Positions 8,972 to 17,753 are shown, counted from the first letter of the stretch. The stretch: DNA of 64,000 nucleotides from Dehalococcoidia bacterium (GCA_965248595.1 CBDFJM010000007.1:383133-447132); one strand, 5' to 3'. Notes: generated from the sequence alone by a model not told the origin. Translations and numbers: made by a program.

Positions 8972-10042
8972 ATGCTCGACAAACTAGCACACCTAGTACA
9001 AAAGCACTCGGAACTGGTACGGCAAATGGACAGTCCCGAGATAGCCGCCGATGCCCCGCGCCTGATAGCCCTGGAGAGAGAGCGCGCCGCCCTGGAGCCA
9101 ACGGTGGCTGCCTACCAGGCTTATCAGCACACTGCTCAGGCCCTTGAGGAGACCCAAAGCCTCCTGCGTGATACCAGAGACCCTGGCCTGGCAGCCCTGG
9201 CTGAGGAGGAGATCGCCAGTTTGAAGGAGAGGCAAGCCAGGCTGGAAGAAGAGCTGAAAGCCAAGCTGGCCCCCAAAGAGGCCACCGACGAGCGGGATGT
9301 CATAGTTGAGGTACGCGCCGCCGCAGGGGGAGACGAGGCGGCACTCTTCACCGCCGAGCTCTATCGCATGTACACTCGGTACGCTCAAAGGCAGGGCTGG
9401 CAGGTGGAGCTTATTGACGCCCGCGAAACAGGCATCGGAGGATTCAAAGAGATAGTCTTTGAGGTCACGGGGAAGGACGTTTACCACCACATGAAGCATG
9501 AAAGCGGCGCCCATAGGGTTCAGCGCGTCCCAGTCACAGAGTCCTCTGGCCGCATCCATACCTCCACGGCTACCGTAGCTGTACTTCCTGAGGCTGTAGA
9601 TGTTGAGGTAGACCTGAAGCAGGATGACCTACGCATTGACATCTTTCACGCCGGCGGCAAAGGCGGCCAAAACGTCAACAAGGTAGCTACGGCGGTGCGT
9701 ATCACCCATCTGCCCTCAGGCATAGTGGCCGTTTGCCAGGACGAAAGGTCCCAGCTACGCAACAAGCAGAAGGCCCTGGCAGTACTCAAGGCCCGGCTCT
9801 TGGACCGCGTGACCAGGGAGCAGGAACAGGCCATTAGCCAGGAACGCCGTTCCCAGGTGGGCACGGGTGAGCGATCTGAGAAGATCCGGACATACAACTT
9901 CCCGCAGGACCGTGTCACGGACCACCGCACTAGCATTACACTGCACAACCTACCTACAATCTTGGATGGCGACTTGGACCCCTTGATTGAGCCCCTTATG
10001 GCCCAAGAGGTGGAACGCCGCCTGGAGGCATCCATATCGTGA
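8972..10042 (+). CDS. prfA: Peptide chain release factor 1
   Basis: The ORF track starts at 8855; the likely true start is the ATG at 8972 (MLDKLAHLVQK..). It carries the GGQ motif (AGGKGGQNVNKV) and the RF1-type P-x-T tripeptide (RVPVTES). Confidence 0.9.
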   Translation: MLDKLAHLVQKHSELVRQMDSPEIAADAPRLIALERERAALEPTVAAYQAYQHTAQALEETQSLLRDTRDPGLAALAEEEIASLKERQARLEEELKAKLAPKEATDERDVIVEVRAAAGGDEAALFTAELYRMYTRYAQRQGWQVELIDARETGIGGFKEIVFEVTGKDVYHHMKHESGAHRVQRVPVTESSGRIHTSTATVAVLPEAVDVEVDLKQDDLRIDIFHAGGKGGQNVNKVATAVRITHLPSGIVAVCQDERSQLRNKQKALAVLKARLLDRVTREQEQAISQERRSQVGTGERSEKIRTYNFPQDRVTDHRTSITLHNLPTILDGDLDPLIEPLMAQEVERRLEASIS

Positions 10043-10932
10043 CTGTAACCATCAATGGGGCGCTCCTCCAGGCCCGTGGCACCCTGGCCCGCGGCGGCAT
10101 AGGGGAAGCGCCGCTGGAGACAGAGCTTCTCCTGGGGTTCGCCTTGGGACTGGAACGCTCCATGCTGTACGCTTCTCTGGAAGACGTAGTCCCGGAAAGC
10201 TGTCAGCAAACCATGGAGAGTCTTGTGCAGAGGCGGCTCCACCGGGAGCCTCTAGCGTACATTCTTGGCAAGAGGGAGTTCTTTGGCCTGGAGTTCCAGG
10301 TACGTCACGGCGTATTCATCCCACGTCCTGAAACGGAGACACTGGTGGAACAGGCAGTTCTGCTGGCCAAGGCGAGCTTCCCCAAAGACGACCTCCTCAT
10401 AGCGGATATAGGCACCGGAAGCGGCGCGGTGGCGGTAAGCCTTGCCAAGGCGCTCCCCACCACAAGTGTATACGCAACAGACATCTCTGAAACGGCCCTG
10501 GCCACGGCCAGAGCCAACGCCACAGCCCACGGCGTGCAAGGCCGCATAACATTCCTTCAGGGCGACCTGATGGAACCTCTGCCTGGGCCAGTGGACGTTA
10601 TGGTGGCCAACCTCCCCTATGTCAGAAGAGAGCGCATCCCATGTCTGGAGCCGGAGATAAGCCGGTTCGAGCCGTTGGAAGCCCTGGACGGAGGGCCCGA
10701 TGGACTGGACTTGGTGCGCCGGCTGCTATGGAAGGGGCCGCACCACATTCGTGCGGATGGCGCTATCCTGCTGGAGATGGACCCAGAGCAGATGGAGTCC
10801 GCCAGCAACGTTGCCCGCGAGGTGTTCCCCGAAGCCCGCCTTCAGCGCGTAAACGACCTAAGTGGGCGCGAGCGGGTACTAGCCATCCAGTTCCATGCCA
10901 AGTCGTCAGCAACGGCCACTTTCTGGCGTTAG
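10039..10932 (+). CDS. prmC: Release-factor glutamine N5-methyltransferase PrmC/HemK
   Basis: 297-aa ORF that overlaps the prfA stop by 4 nt. It has the SAM-binding motif DIGTGSGAV and a catalytic motif reading NLPY instead of the canonical NPPY. Confidence 0.85.
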   Translation: MTVTINGALLQARGTLARGGIGEAPLETELLLGFALGLERSMLYASLEDVVPESCQQTMESLVQRRLHREPLAYILGKREFFGLEFQVRHGVFIPRPETETLVEQAVLLAKASFPKDDLLIADIGTGSGAVAVSLAKALPTTSVYATDISETALATARANATAHGVQGRITFLQGDLMEPLPGPVDVMVANLPYVRRERIPCLEPEISRFEPLEALDGGPDGLDLVRRLLWKGPHHIRADGAILLEMDPEQMESASNVAREVFPEARLQRVNDLSGRERVLAIQFHAKSSATATFWR

Positions 10933-11019
10933 TTTGGGACACATCAGAGACACTGGCAGGGTTATGAACATCCCTTCCCAACCATCCCTCTGCCTCCTTT
11001 CCTTCAGCCTGCTCAGAAC

Positions 11020-11095
11020 ATGTCCGACTTCGTCGTGATGCCGACTCCGTCGGGAATCTCGATTTATCGGGTCTCGATGAGCTTCGCGCGCCGGA
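11020..11095. repeat. Intergenic repeat, family A copy
   Basis: gtccgacttcgtcgtgatgccgactccgtcgggaatctcgatttatcgggtctcgatgagc has the same TCGA/TCGGG unit composition as 2719-2873 and 12300-12355. It lies between convergent prmC and the LysR gene. Confidence 0.4.
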
Positions 11096-11259
11096 CCCCA
11101 GGCCCCAATCCCTTTGACTTCCTGGTGGAACTTGAGGCGGATACCCAAGAGAACCTCACCATCACTCTACGTACAAAGATTCGTCGCTGCCCAGCGTCAC
11201 CTGCCCATGGATTGAGTGACCACACGCCACGCCGCTGACGGAGCTTGTTCACCTCGGCG

Positions 11260-12177
11260 CTACCGGCTCCTACCCGTCCCGTAGCCCGAAGCCGGCGAGA
11301 AAGATGCTAGAGCATCCCTCATTACTGACATAAAGCTCTGGGCAGAGGAAGACAGGGTTTTACGCCGCAGGGTCACAGCTCCCGCCTGCTCGACGGGGAG
11401 AAGGGTGGCCATGCTGATTATTCCCAGTTTCTCCGTGTCCTCAGGGTCTATGGCCAGGCCCGGCCCCACGGAGATACCCATACCCAGAGCCACGAATTTC
11501 TTTATCATGTCCATGCTGTCTAGTTCCACCACAATCTCATAGGACAAGCCCCTACGCCGGAACTCCTCTTCAAGGATGGCACGCGTGTATGACCCCTCCC
11601 GCATAAGAATGAGAGGCCAACGAGCTATTTGCGCCAGAGAGGTCAACGGCTCCTCCACCAGCGGATGGCCCTGGGGTGTTATCAACACCCTCTCATACGC
11701 AAACAGCCCTTCGAACTCAAAGTCCGCTCCGCTCTCACTGCCGGGCAACACCGCCAGGTCTACCTCGCCATCCCTCACCATCCGCAACACCTCTCTCCTG
11801 GTTTCGGAGTGGATATGCAGGTGTATATGAGGATGGGTAAGCAGAAAGGCCCGCACCGCTAGCAGGAGAGTGTGCGGGATGATGTCCGCGGTGGATGCAA
11901 TCCTTACCGGTCCCGCCTCTTCCGCCTGAGTGGTGCGGGCTGCAAGGTTATCCAGCCCATCTACCAGAGGCCCAGCCAGCTCGGCCAGGGCGACTCCAGC
12001 AATGGTGAGCTGAATAGGCCTCCTGACCCTGTCAAATAGGGTCAGGCCAAACTCCTGCTCCAGTTTTTTGATGTGCATGGTGACAGTGGGCTGGCCCATA
12101 CCCAGTTGCTCCGCTGCCTTGGAAATGCTACGCAGCCTCGCCGCTGCGCAGAAACTTCTAAGCTCTCTCAGTTCCAT
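11260..12177 (-). CDS. LysR-family transcriptional regulator
   Basis: 305-aa ORF with an N-terminal HTH (MELRELRSFCAAARLRSISKAAEQLGMGQPTVTMHIKKLEQEFG..) and a LysR substrate-binding domain. Confidence 0.85.
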   Translation of the reverse strand: MELRELRSFCAAARLRSISKAAEQLGMGQPTVTMHIKKLEQEFGLTLFDRVRRPIQLTIAGVALAELAGPLVDGLDNLAARTTQAEEAGPVRIASTADIIPHTLLLAVRAFLLTHPHIHLHIHSETRREVLRMVRDGEVDLAVLPGSESGADFEFEGLFAYERVLITPQGHPLVEEPLTSLAQIARWPLILMREGSYTRAILEEEFRRRGLSYEIVVELDSMDMIKKFVALGMGISVGPGLAIDPEDTEKLGIISMATLLPVEQAGAVTLRRKTLSSSAQSFMSVMRDALASFSPASGYGTGRSR

Positions 12178-12299
12178 CTTCCCTCCCAGCTTTGCGCAAC
12201 AGTCACTCTGAATCCCGACCTATCGGGATACATTCCGTGATGAATCTTGGGTATGGTGTCAGTTAATATCTGGTCTGGCTGACGCCCCACACCAGACCT

Positions 12300-12355
12300 C
12301 CGACTCTGTCGAAAGTGTCGATGAAATCGGACCTTCGCCCCAACTTGTCGGCACC
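12300..12355. repeat. Intergenic repeat, family A copy
   Basis: ccgactctgtcgaaagtgtcgatgaaatcggaccttcgccccaacttgtcgg shares cgactctgtcga and atcggaccttcg with the 2719-2873 element. Confidence 0.4.
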
Positions 12356-12423
12356 TAGGGTGACACTTCATGTCTTCCAAGACAGTATCATAATTTCTCA
12401 TACTGTATATCATAGTATATCTC

Positions 12424-12452
12424 TTGACGCAATGCTATGTTCGTATCATAAT
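12424..12452 (+). promoter_or_regulatory. Sigma70-type promoter for the 56-aa ORF, overlapping a GTATCATAAT repeat
   Basis: TTGACG (12424-12429), a 17-nt spacer, then CATAAT (12447-12452). The exact 10-mer GTATCATAAT occurs at 12385-12394 and 12443-12452, with a variant atatcatagt at 12407-12416. Confidence 0.5.
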
Positions 12453-12534
12453 ACAAACCGTAGAACATCTCCCAAAGATCCCCGTCAGAGGCCACAAGGG
12501 CCCTGATGGAGGAGAAGGAGAAGAGGAGGAAAAT

Positions 12535-12705
12535 ATGGCAAGCAAGTTCTTTGAAGTCCTCCGCGGGATTGTAGGCACCTCTGAGTTTGAGACCTATTAC
12601 GAAAGGGTTCAGCTCTCGGGTATGGAGGGTGCGCCCACCGTGGACGAAGCCAGGAGAGACTACCAGGCAGCGCTTGGGGCCAGAATTAGCACCCTGGCCA
12701 ACTAA
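12535..12705 (+). CDS. Small hypothetical protein (56 aa), divergent from the LysR gene
   Basis: The ATG at 12535 is preceded by a purine-rich SD (gaggaggaaaat). Reads MASKFFEVLRGIVGTSEFETYYERVQLSGMEGAPTVDEARRDYQAALGARISTLAN. The gene is bracketed by a good promoter and a strong terminator, and I recognise no family. Confidence 0.5.
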   Translation: MASKFFEVLRGIVGTSEFETYYERVQLSGMEGAPTVDEARRDYQAALGARISTLAN

Positions 12706-12727
12706 AGCACCCGCCCTATGACAAAAA

Positions 12728-12765
12728 CGAGAGGGCCAGCCAGTGGCTGGCCCTCTCGTTTGTTT
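12728..12765. terminator. Rho-independent terminator (between convergent genes)
   Basis: A perfect 13-bp stem, cgagagggccagc (12728-12740) and gctggccctctcg (12746-12758), has a 5-nt loop and is followed by tttgttt. An A-run precedes it, so it could act on both strands. Confidence 0.7.
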
Positions 12766-12776
12766 ATCAGCAATGA

Positions 12777-13796
12777 CTATTGAGCATCGTCAAACCGTTC
12801 CCCTAGCTGTTCGAGGAACCTCTCCACCGAAGGGGCCAGAGGGGACACCGGCGGCTCATCATTGGAATGAGCCTCCACCCACGAATCGTAGTCAGCCTCA
12901 AGCCTCTCTACCAGGGCCTTGACTCCTGAGTTACGCTCAATCTCGGCAGATACGCGCTCGTACTGCCTCTGGCCCCGACGACTGGCTGACAGCTCCTGTG
13001 GAAGGTTGTACAGGTGACAGAGCACGTTCAGAACTCGCGCCGCTCCGCTGTAGTCCTCGTCCAACTGGACGTATTGCGGCAGCCGCACCATCACGGTCAT
13101 ATTCTCCACGCCCTCGGCGGTGAGCCTGTCGCCTATCAGGTTCATGATGGAGGTGGGCCCCTGATAGCGCCCACGTCGCATGCGAATGATGCCCGGTAGA
13201 GAAGGGATCTCCTCTCCGTCCAGGGTAGCCATGATTGGTAGCGGACGGGTGTGCGGCACCGCATCGTACATGCCGCCGATGCGGCAATACCTGGCACCAT
13301 CGAAATGCTGGATTAGGGCCACCACCGAGTCAAGGTACTCTTCCGCGTTGACGTGGGGCTCCAGCAGGTTCAGAAAAAGGAAATCGAACTCTCCCGGCCC
13401 CTTTGCATACCGGACGTTGACATTGGGGATGGTAGTGCGGCGCTGGTCCTCTACGTAATACACCGTGGGGCGATATCGCGTGAAGTCGAAATAGGTGCCC
13501 GGAGTAACCAGGCTACCCACATCCTGGGCAGCCAGGTGCCGCTCCAGCCGCGCAAGGGTCAGGGTGCCTACGCCCCCGGCGTCCAGCCATGGCCTCAAGG
13601 AGGCAAAAACATGAGGTTTCCTCAGCTGAGGAAGCGGCTCTTGAAGTTCAAATCCACCAATACGCGTCATCGCTACTATCATGTCAAAGACACGGAGCTT
13701 TTGCAAGCCGTTCTTGTCACAGGTTTTTCTCAGGTTGCAGTGTTGGCGAACTATTGGCCCGCCCTGGGTGGGTAGACCCGTACCCTGGCTTGCCAT
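12777..13796 (-). CDS. PAC2 (proteasome assembly chaperone 2-like) family protein
   Basis: The ORF shows ..LRPWLDAGGVG.., ..AVPHTRP.. and ..YQGPTSI.. blocks that I recall as PAC2-family (PF09754) hallmarks. The start is uncertain, with internal Met codons at 13682 and 13670. Confidence 0.55.
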   Translation of the reverse strand: MASQGTGLPTQGGPIVRQHCNLRKTCDKNGLQKLRVFDMIVAMTRIGGFELQEPLPQLRKPHVFASLRPWLDAGGVGTLTLARLERHLAAQDVGSLVTPGTYFDFTRYRPTVYYVEDQRRTTIPNVNVRYAKGPGEFDFLFLNLLEPHVNAEEYLDSVVALIQHFDGARYCRIGGMYDAVPHTRPLPIMATLDGEEIPSLPGIIRMRRGRYQGPTSIMNLIGDRLTAEGVENMTVMVRLPQYVQLDEDYSGAARVLNVLCHLYNLPQELSASRRGQRQYERVSAEIERNSGVKALVERLEADYDSWVEAHSNDEPPVSPLAPSVERFLEQLGERFDDAQ

Positions 13797-13828
13797 TCAC
13801 CAAGCCCAAGCGAACATAGCCGTGACCC

Positions 13829-14380
13829 TTATTTCATTGCCAGAGCAGCCTTAATAGGCTCCCGGAGTAGCTCCACGCGCTGGAACATACCCTTCTGAGC
13901 TAGCGATGGGTCCTCATTCACCAGCACATGGGCTTTGCAGTAACCAAACAGGGCGTCGTAAATCACCATGCTCTTGTCTAGGTTGTCGTCATCGCCAAGG
14001 GTGGACAGCATCATTCCCTCGGAGAGGGCGTCCATGCCTATCCCCTCAAGGGCCGCAACCTTGTTTCGGTCGTCTCCCCTGGTGATGGCGTGATGGACTC
14101 CTGACTCAATAATCTTGGCCATCTCAGCCAGGGCTGGGTCGTCTAGCTTGTACTTGCTCAGGAACTTGTCGAAGCAGGTGCCATGTTCATCGTGGGGCCC
14201 CAGTTCTACGCCTGGGATGGCGAAGGGAATGGCATCCTCTGGCCTTGTGTCCTCCTTGCCACGCGATACGAAAACGAACTCGGCCTTAGGGTCAATGAAA
14301 CGCCGGATAAGCCAGGGGCAAGCCACCCTGTCAAGATGGATATGGTCTGTAGTCGCCCACTTCATAGCTAGCTCCTTCAC
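13829..14380 (-). CDS. ChrB C-terminal-domain (chromate-resistance, PF09828-like) protein
   Basis: The N-terminus ..KWATTDHIHLDRVACPWLIRRFIDPKAEFVFV.. matches the remembered DR.A..WLIRRFIDP signature of the Chrome_Resist domain. Confidence 0.55.
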   Translation of the reverse strand: MKELAMKWATTDHIHLDRVACPWLIRRFIDPKAEFVFVSRGKEDTRPEDAIPFAIPGVELGPHDEHGTCFDKFLSKYKLDDPALAEMAKIIESGVHHAITRGDDRNKVAALEGIGMDALSEGMMLSTLGDDDNLDKSMVIYDALFGYCKAHVLVNEDPSLAQKGMFQRVELLREPIKAALAMK

Positions 14381-14588
14381 AGATTGTGCCTGCTGATGCC
14401 CCTAGAGTACGGTGGAGTGGGTACCGCCGCAAGAGGTACGGGCCTGACATTCCTGTCCAATATGCGGCCATCCAGGCCCGCGCACATTTGCTTAGAACGA
14501 ACCTGTTGGTGGTAGAATAGCACCCGCCCAACAAGGTAACGCATGAACAAGTCACTCTTCCAGCCGACCAGCGAAAGGAGCCAGCACA

Positions 14589-15629
14589 ATGACCACACAG
14601 AAGCTACGCATAGGCATAGTGGGCGCGGGCGGAAACGTCAGGCTGCGCCATGTGCCCGGGTTCCGCGCCATACAAGGAGTAGACCTGGTGGGCGTTTGCA
14701 ACCGCTCTCGGGAGTCCAGCCAGCGCGCCGCGACGGAGTTCGGCATCCCCAGAATATACGACCACTGGCTGGATATGGTGGAGGACGGCGACATAGACGC
14801 TGTCTGCATCGGGACCTGGCCCTATATGCACTGCCCGGTCACCCTGGCGGCGTTAGATAACGAGAAGCACGTGCTCACCGAGGCGCGCATGGCCATGGAC
14901 GCCACGGAGGCCCACGCCATGCTGGAGGTCTCCCGGGCGGCTCCCCACCTGGTCACTCAGGTGGTCCCATCTCCATTTACATTCAAAGCTGACCAGACCA
15001 TTCAGGAGCTGCTGGCCGACGGCTATCTCGGCGAGCTGCTGGTGGTGGATATGCGGGTGACGCAGCGCGACTTCGTGGATGTGGCCGGTCCCTTGACCTG
15101 GCGGCAGGACAGGGACGTCAGTGGTTACAACATAATGATGATGGGTGTCTGGTACGAGGCGATGAACCGATGGATTGGCCCGGCGAACAGGGTGATGGCC
15201 ATGACCAAGACGGCCATCCTCCAGCGGCGGAACGCCGAGGGTCTCCTGCGGCCCGTGACTGTGCCCGACCACGTGGACATCCTGTGTCAGATGGCTTGTG
15301 GCGCTCAGGCGCACATGCATCTGAGCTCCGTGACCGGCCTTGCGCCCGGGGGCGAGGTGTGGCTATACGGCACCGAAGGCACTTTGAAGCTGGACGCCGA
15401 GACAATGAAGCTGTACGGCGGAAAACGCGGCGCACCGCAGCTACAGGAGATCGAGATACCCCAGGAGAAACAAGGCTTCTGGCGGGTGGAGGAGGAGTTC
15501 GTCAACGCCATTCGCGGCATCGAGCCGGTGAAGTTCACGACATTTGAGGCAGGCGTCCAGTACATGGAGTTCACCGAGGCGGTAACCCGCAGCGCCCAGA
15601 GCGGCGAGGCCATTTGGTTGTCACTGTGA
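14589..15629 (+). CDS. Gfo/Idh/MocA-family NAD(P)-dependent oxidoreductase
   Basis: 346-aa ORF with an N-terminal Rossmann motif (LRIGIVGAGGN..) and the family's C-terminal alpha/beta domain. Confidence 0.85.
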   Translation: MTTQKLRIGIVGAGGNVRLRHVPGFRAIQGVDLVGVCNRSRESSQRAATEFGIPRIYDHWLDMVEDGDIDAVCIGTWPYMHCPVTLAALDNEKHVLTEARMAMDATEAHAMLEVSRAAPHLVTQVVPSPFTFKADQTIQELLADGYLGELLVVDMRVTQRDFVDVAGPLTWRQDRDVSGYNIMMMGVWYEAMNRWIGPANRVMAMTKTAILQRRNAEGLLRPVTVPDHVDILCQMACGAQAHMHLSSVTGLAPGGEVWLYGTEGTLKLDAETMKLYGGKRGAPQLQEIEIPQEKQGFWRVEEEFVNAIRGIEPVKFTTFEAGVQYMEFTEAVTRSAQSGEAIWLSL

Positions 15630-15903
15630 GGCTAATCGGACTGATTCCGTAACAACGCAGCACTCCGAGCTTGGCCCCTTTGATCAGGACTGTGGGCAAT
15701 ACTGGACTGGCCAACAGAGAAGGATGCAAGTTCGAGGCCTGGATGGGGAGTACCCATATGCCAAAACGGCAAGGCTTCTACAAACCATTTTTCGATTGCG
15801 CCTCGGTGTTCGAGTTCCTGACGATCCACCAAGTAGTTCATAGACTGGTGAATCGGTTTAGCTAGGGTTGAGATCGACTCTCTCCCATCTCCACCACGAA
15901 CAC

Positions 15904-15945
15904 CACTGGTAAAGGCCCCGCTGCTCGGCGGGGCCTTTACCAGTG
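15904..15945. repeat. Perfect 18-bp inverted repeat (stable hairpin), intergenic
   Basis: cactggtaaaggccccgc (15904-15921), loop tgctcg, then gcggggcctttaccagtg (15928-15945). There is no flanking T-run on either strand. Confidence 0.6.
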
Positions 15946-16110
15946 GCTCGGGATCGGTTGGTGGTAGAGTGTAGATTCGGGGCTAACCGGTTTCACCACG
16001 CCTTGGGCTAGCGGCAGTAGCCGCGATCGAAAAAGCGGACTGTCACATTGCCACTCTCGTGTGTGGCAGTGACCACGAGGAGAGAAGCGGCAACTACGCG
16101 ACCGCTTCCC

Positions 16111-16326
16111 TTATTCTCCCTGCACGACTTCAACAATGTCGTGGGGCAACAGACCGTGCCCGTCGCGATGGACCGCTAGCGCGGCTTCTTTGTTGGGTGC
16201 ATTTACCAGGCAGTGAACGGTCCCAGTTGTTACATCCACCCAATAATTCTGGTAGGTGACCCCATGATCTGCTTGGTGCTCTAGGTCCATCTGGTGCGCG
16301 TATTTGATGCTCACAAGAAGCACCAT
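16111..16326 (-). CDS. DUF4242 (SCO4226-like) small protein
   Basis: 71-aa ORF. ..YWVDVTTGTVHCLVNAPNKEAALAVHRDGHGLLPHDIVEV.. fits the remembered DUF4242 pattern (..G.vfCL.eAPskEa...vH...hG...d.i.EV). It lies divergent from an HxlR regulator. Confidence 0.55.
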   Translation of the reverse strand: MVLLVSIKYAHQMDLEHQADHGVTYQNYWVDVTTGTVHCLVNAPNKEAALAVHRDGHGLLPHDIVEVVQGE

Positions 16327-16383
16327 AAGCAGTATCCGGTTACATTGTGATTCTGGCTAGTTCAATAACTGAAGCGCGATATC

Positions 16384-17076
16384 ATGTATCATGGTCATAT
16401 GAAAGAATATTTTGATTTCTGCCCGATCTCGAAGGCTTCTGAGGTTCTCGCCGAACGCTGGGCACCTCTTGTCATCAGAGAGTTGATACTGGGGTCAAAC
16501 CATTTCAATGAGATTCAGAGAGGAATCCCCGCCATCCCGACCGCCTCGCTATCTCAAAGGCTCAAGATGCTCGAGGATAAAGGCATCGTCATGAGGTGGC
16601 TCGACGGAAGCGGTAGGCCCTACTACGAGCTCACTCCAACCGGTGCAGCTCTCGAGCCCGTCATCAAGACGATAGGGACCTGGGGCCACTACTGGCTGAA
16701 CCAAGAGATCCGCGAAGATGATCTCGATCTTCGCATGCTCATGTGGGATGTGCACAGAAGAATAAACGTGGAAAACCTACCTCCAGGTCGTACTGTCGTC
16801 CAGTTCGACTTCTCCGGTGCACGAACCGGACAGTTCTGGTTGCTGCTACAGTCGCCAAAACCGGATATATGCGACGTCGATCCTGGCATGCCCGTAGACC
16901 TATATGTCGCCGCAGACGCTATGACCATGACTTCGGTCTGGATGGGGCGTTTACTCTTGGAGGCGGCAATCGATGCCCGCACCATCGACGTCATCGGCCC
17001 GGCCCCTTTGGTGGCGCAGTTTCCCAGCTGGCTCGCCCTCAACTTCTTCGCGCCCGCCGCGAGGGTCTCGCCCTAG
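16384..17076 (+). CDS. HxlR-family winged-helix transcriptional regulator with C-terminal extension
   Basis: ..CPISKASEVLAERWAPLVIRELILGSNHFNEIQRGIPAIPTASLSQRLKMLEDKGIV.. is a classic HxlR HTH, followed by about 120 further residues. The start may be the ATG at 16399. Confidence 0.8.
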   Translation: MYHGHMKEYFDFCPISKASEVLAERWAPLVIRELILGSNHFNEIQRGIPAIPTASLSQRLKMLEDKGIVMRWLDGSGRPYYELTPTGAALEPVIKTIGTWGHYWLNQEIREDDLDLRMLMWDVHRRINVENLPPGRTVVQFDFSGARTGQFWLLLQSPKPDICDVDPGMPVDLYVAADAMTMTSVWMGRLLLEAAIDARTIDVIGPAPLVAQFPSWLALNFFAPAARVSP

Positions 17077-17753
17077 CTCTCGCCGCGGAGGCGGATCTCC
17101 CGAAGCTGGTCGGCTATGATGAGCTTGGCCCCCGTCTGCTCCTGGATCTCCTCGGGGGTCCAGCCAGGCGCGTGTTCCAACAGCCTGAACCCCTGGGGCG
17201 TTACTTCAAACAGGCCCAGGTCAGTAGCCACCAGCTTCACCACGCCCACGGCGGTAACGGGCAAGGCACAACGTTGAAGAAGGCGTGGTTCGCCCTCACG
17301 GGTGTTGTGCTCCATAACGATGAATACTCGCTTGGCCCCCACAGCCAGGTCCATTGCGCCGCCAATGCCGCCGCCTTTGAAGGTGGGGATGCGCCAGTTG
17401 GCGAAGTCGCCGTTTTCCGCCACCTCGTAGGCACCCATTACGGTGACGTCCACGAAGCCTCCACGGATCAGGGCAAAGGAGTCGGCGTGGTGGACTATGG
17501 CCATACCGGGCTTTGGCATCACGTACTGAACTCCAGAGTTGACCAGGTACTTATCCTCCTGTCCCTCCGTAGCCAGTGTGCCGTAGCCAATGACGCCGTT
17601 CTCCGACTGGTTGATAATGGTCCGACTGTTGTCCACATAGTTAGAGCAGAGGGTGGGCATGCCCACGCCCAGGTTGACGATCCAACCGTCCTGGAACTCC
17701 ATGGCAAGGCGGTCGCACATGGTTTGCCGGCCTAGTCTTGGTTTGTCTGGCAT
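17073..17753 (-). CDS. scoB: 3-oxoacid CoA-transferase, subunit B
   Basis: The ORF track extends to 17840 through an intergenic repeat; the likely start is the ATG at 17753 (MPDKPRLGRQTMCDRLAMEFQDGWIVNLGVGMPTL..). It carries the ..SENGVIGYG.. glutamate motif region. Confidence 0.85.
   Translation of the reverse strand: MPDKPRLGRQTMCDRLAMEFQDGWIVNLGVGMPTLCSNYVDNSRTIINQSENGVIGYGTLATEGQEDKYLVNSGVQYVMPKPGMAIVHHADSFALIRGGFVDVTVMGAYEVAENGDFANWRIPTFKGGGIGGAMDLAVGAKRVFIVMEHNTREGEPRLLQRCALPVTAVGVVKLVATDLGLFEVTPQGFRLLEHAPGWTPEEIQEQTGAKLIIADQLREIRLRGES

Noticed and set aside
8722-8982. 86-aa reverse ORF and the 39-codon N-terminal extension of prfA (8855-8971)
   Set aside because: RF1 homology begins at MLDKLAHL (8972). 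The extension and the antisense ORF fall in the divergent promoter region and have no support.
15632-15865. Overlapping 69-aa(-) and 64-aa(+) ORFs
   Set aside because: The two are mutually antisense with no SD and no recognisable motif. The region may be non-coding or a decayed gene.
16743-17735. 330-aa plus-strand ORF; the same applies to 18891-19898(-), 44962-45921(+) and 34604-35304(-)
   Set aside because: These are shadow ORFs opposite well-supported genes (scoB/HxlR, CaiB, the SCO1664-like gene and the giant surface protein). Such ORFs are typical of high-GC DNA.
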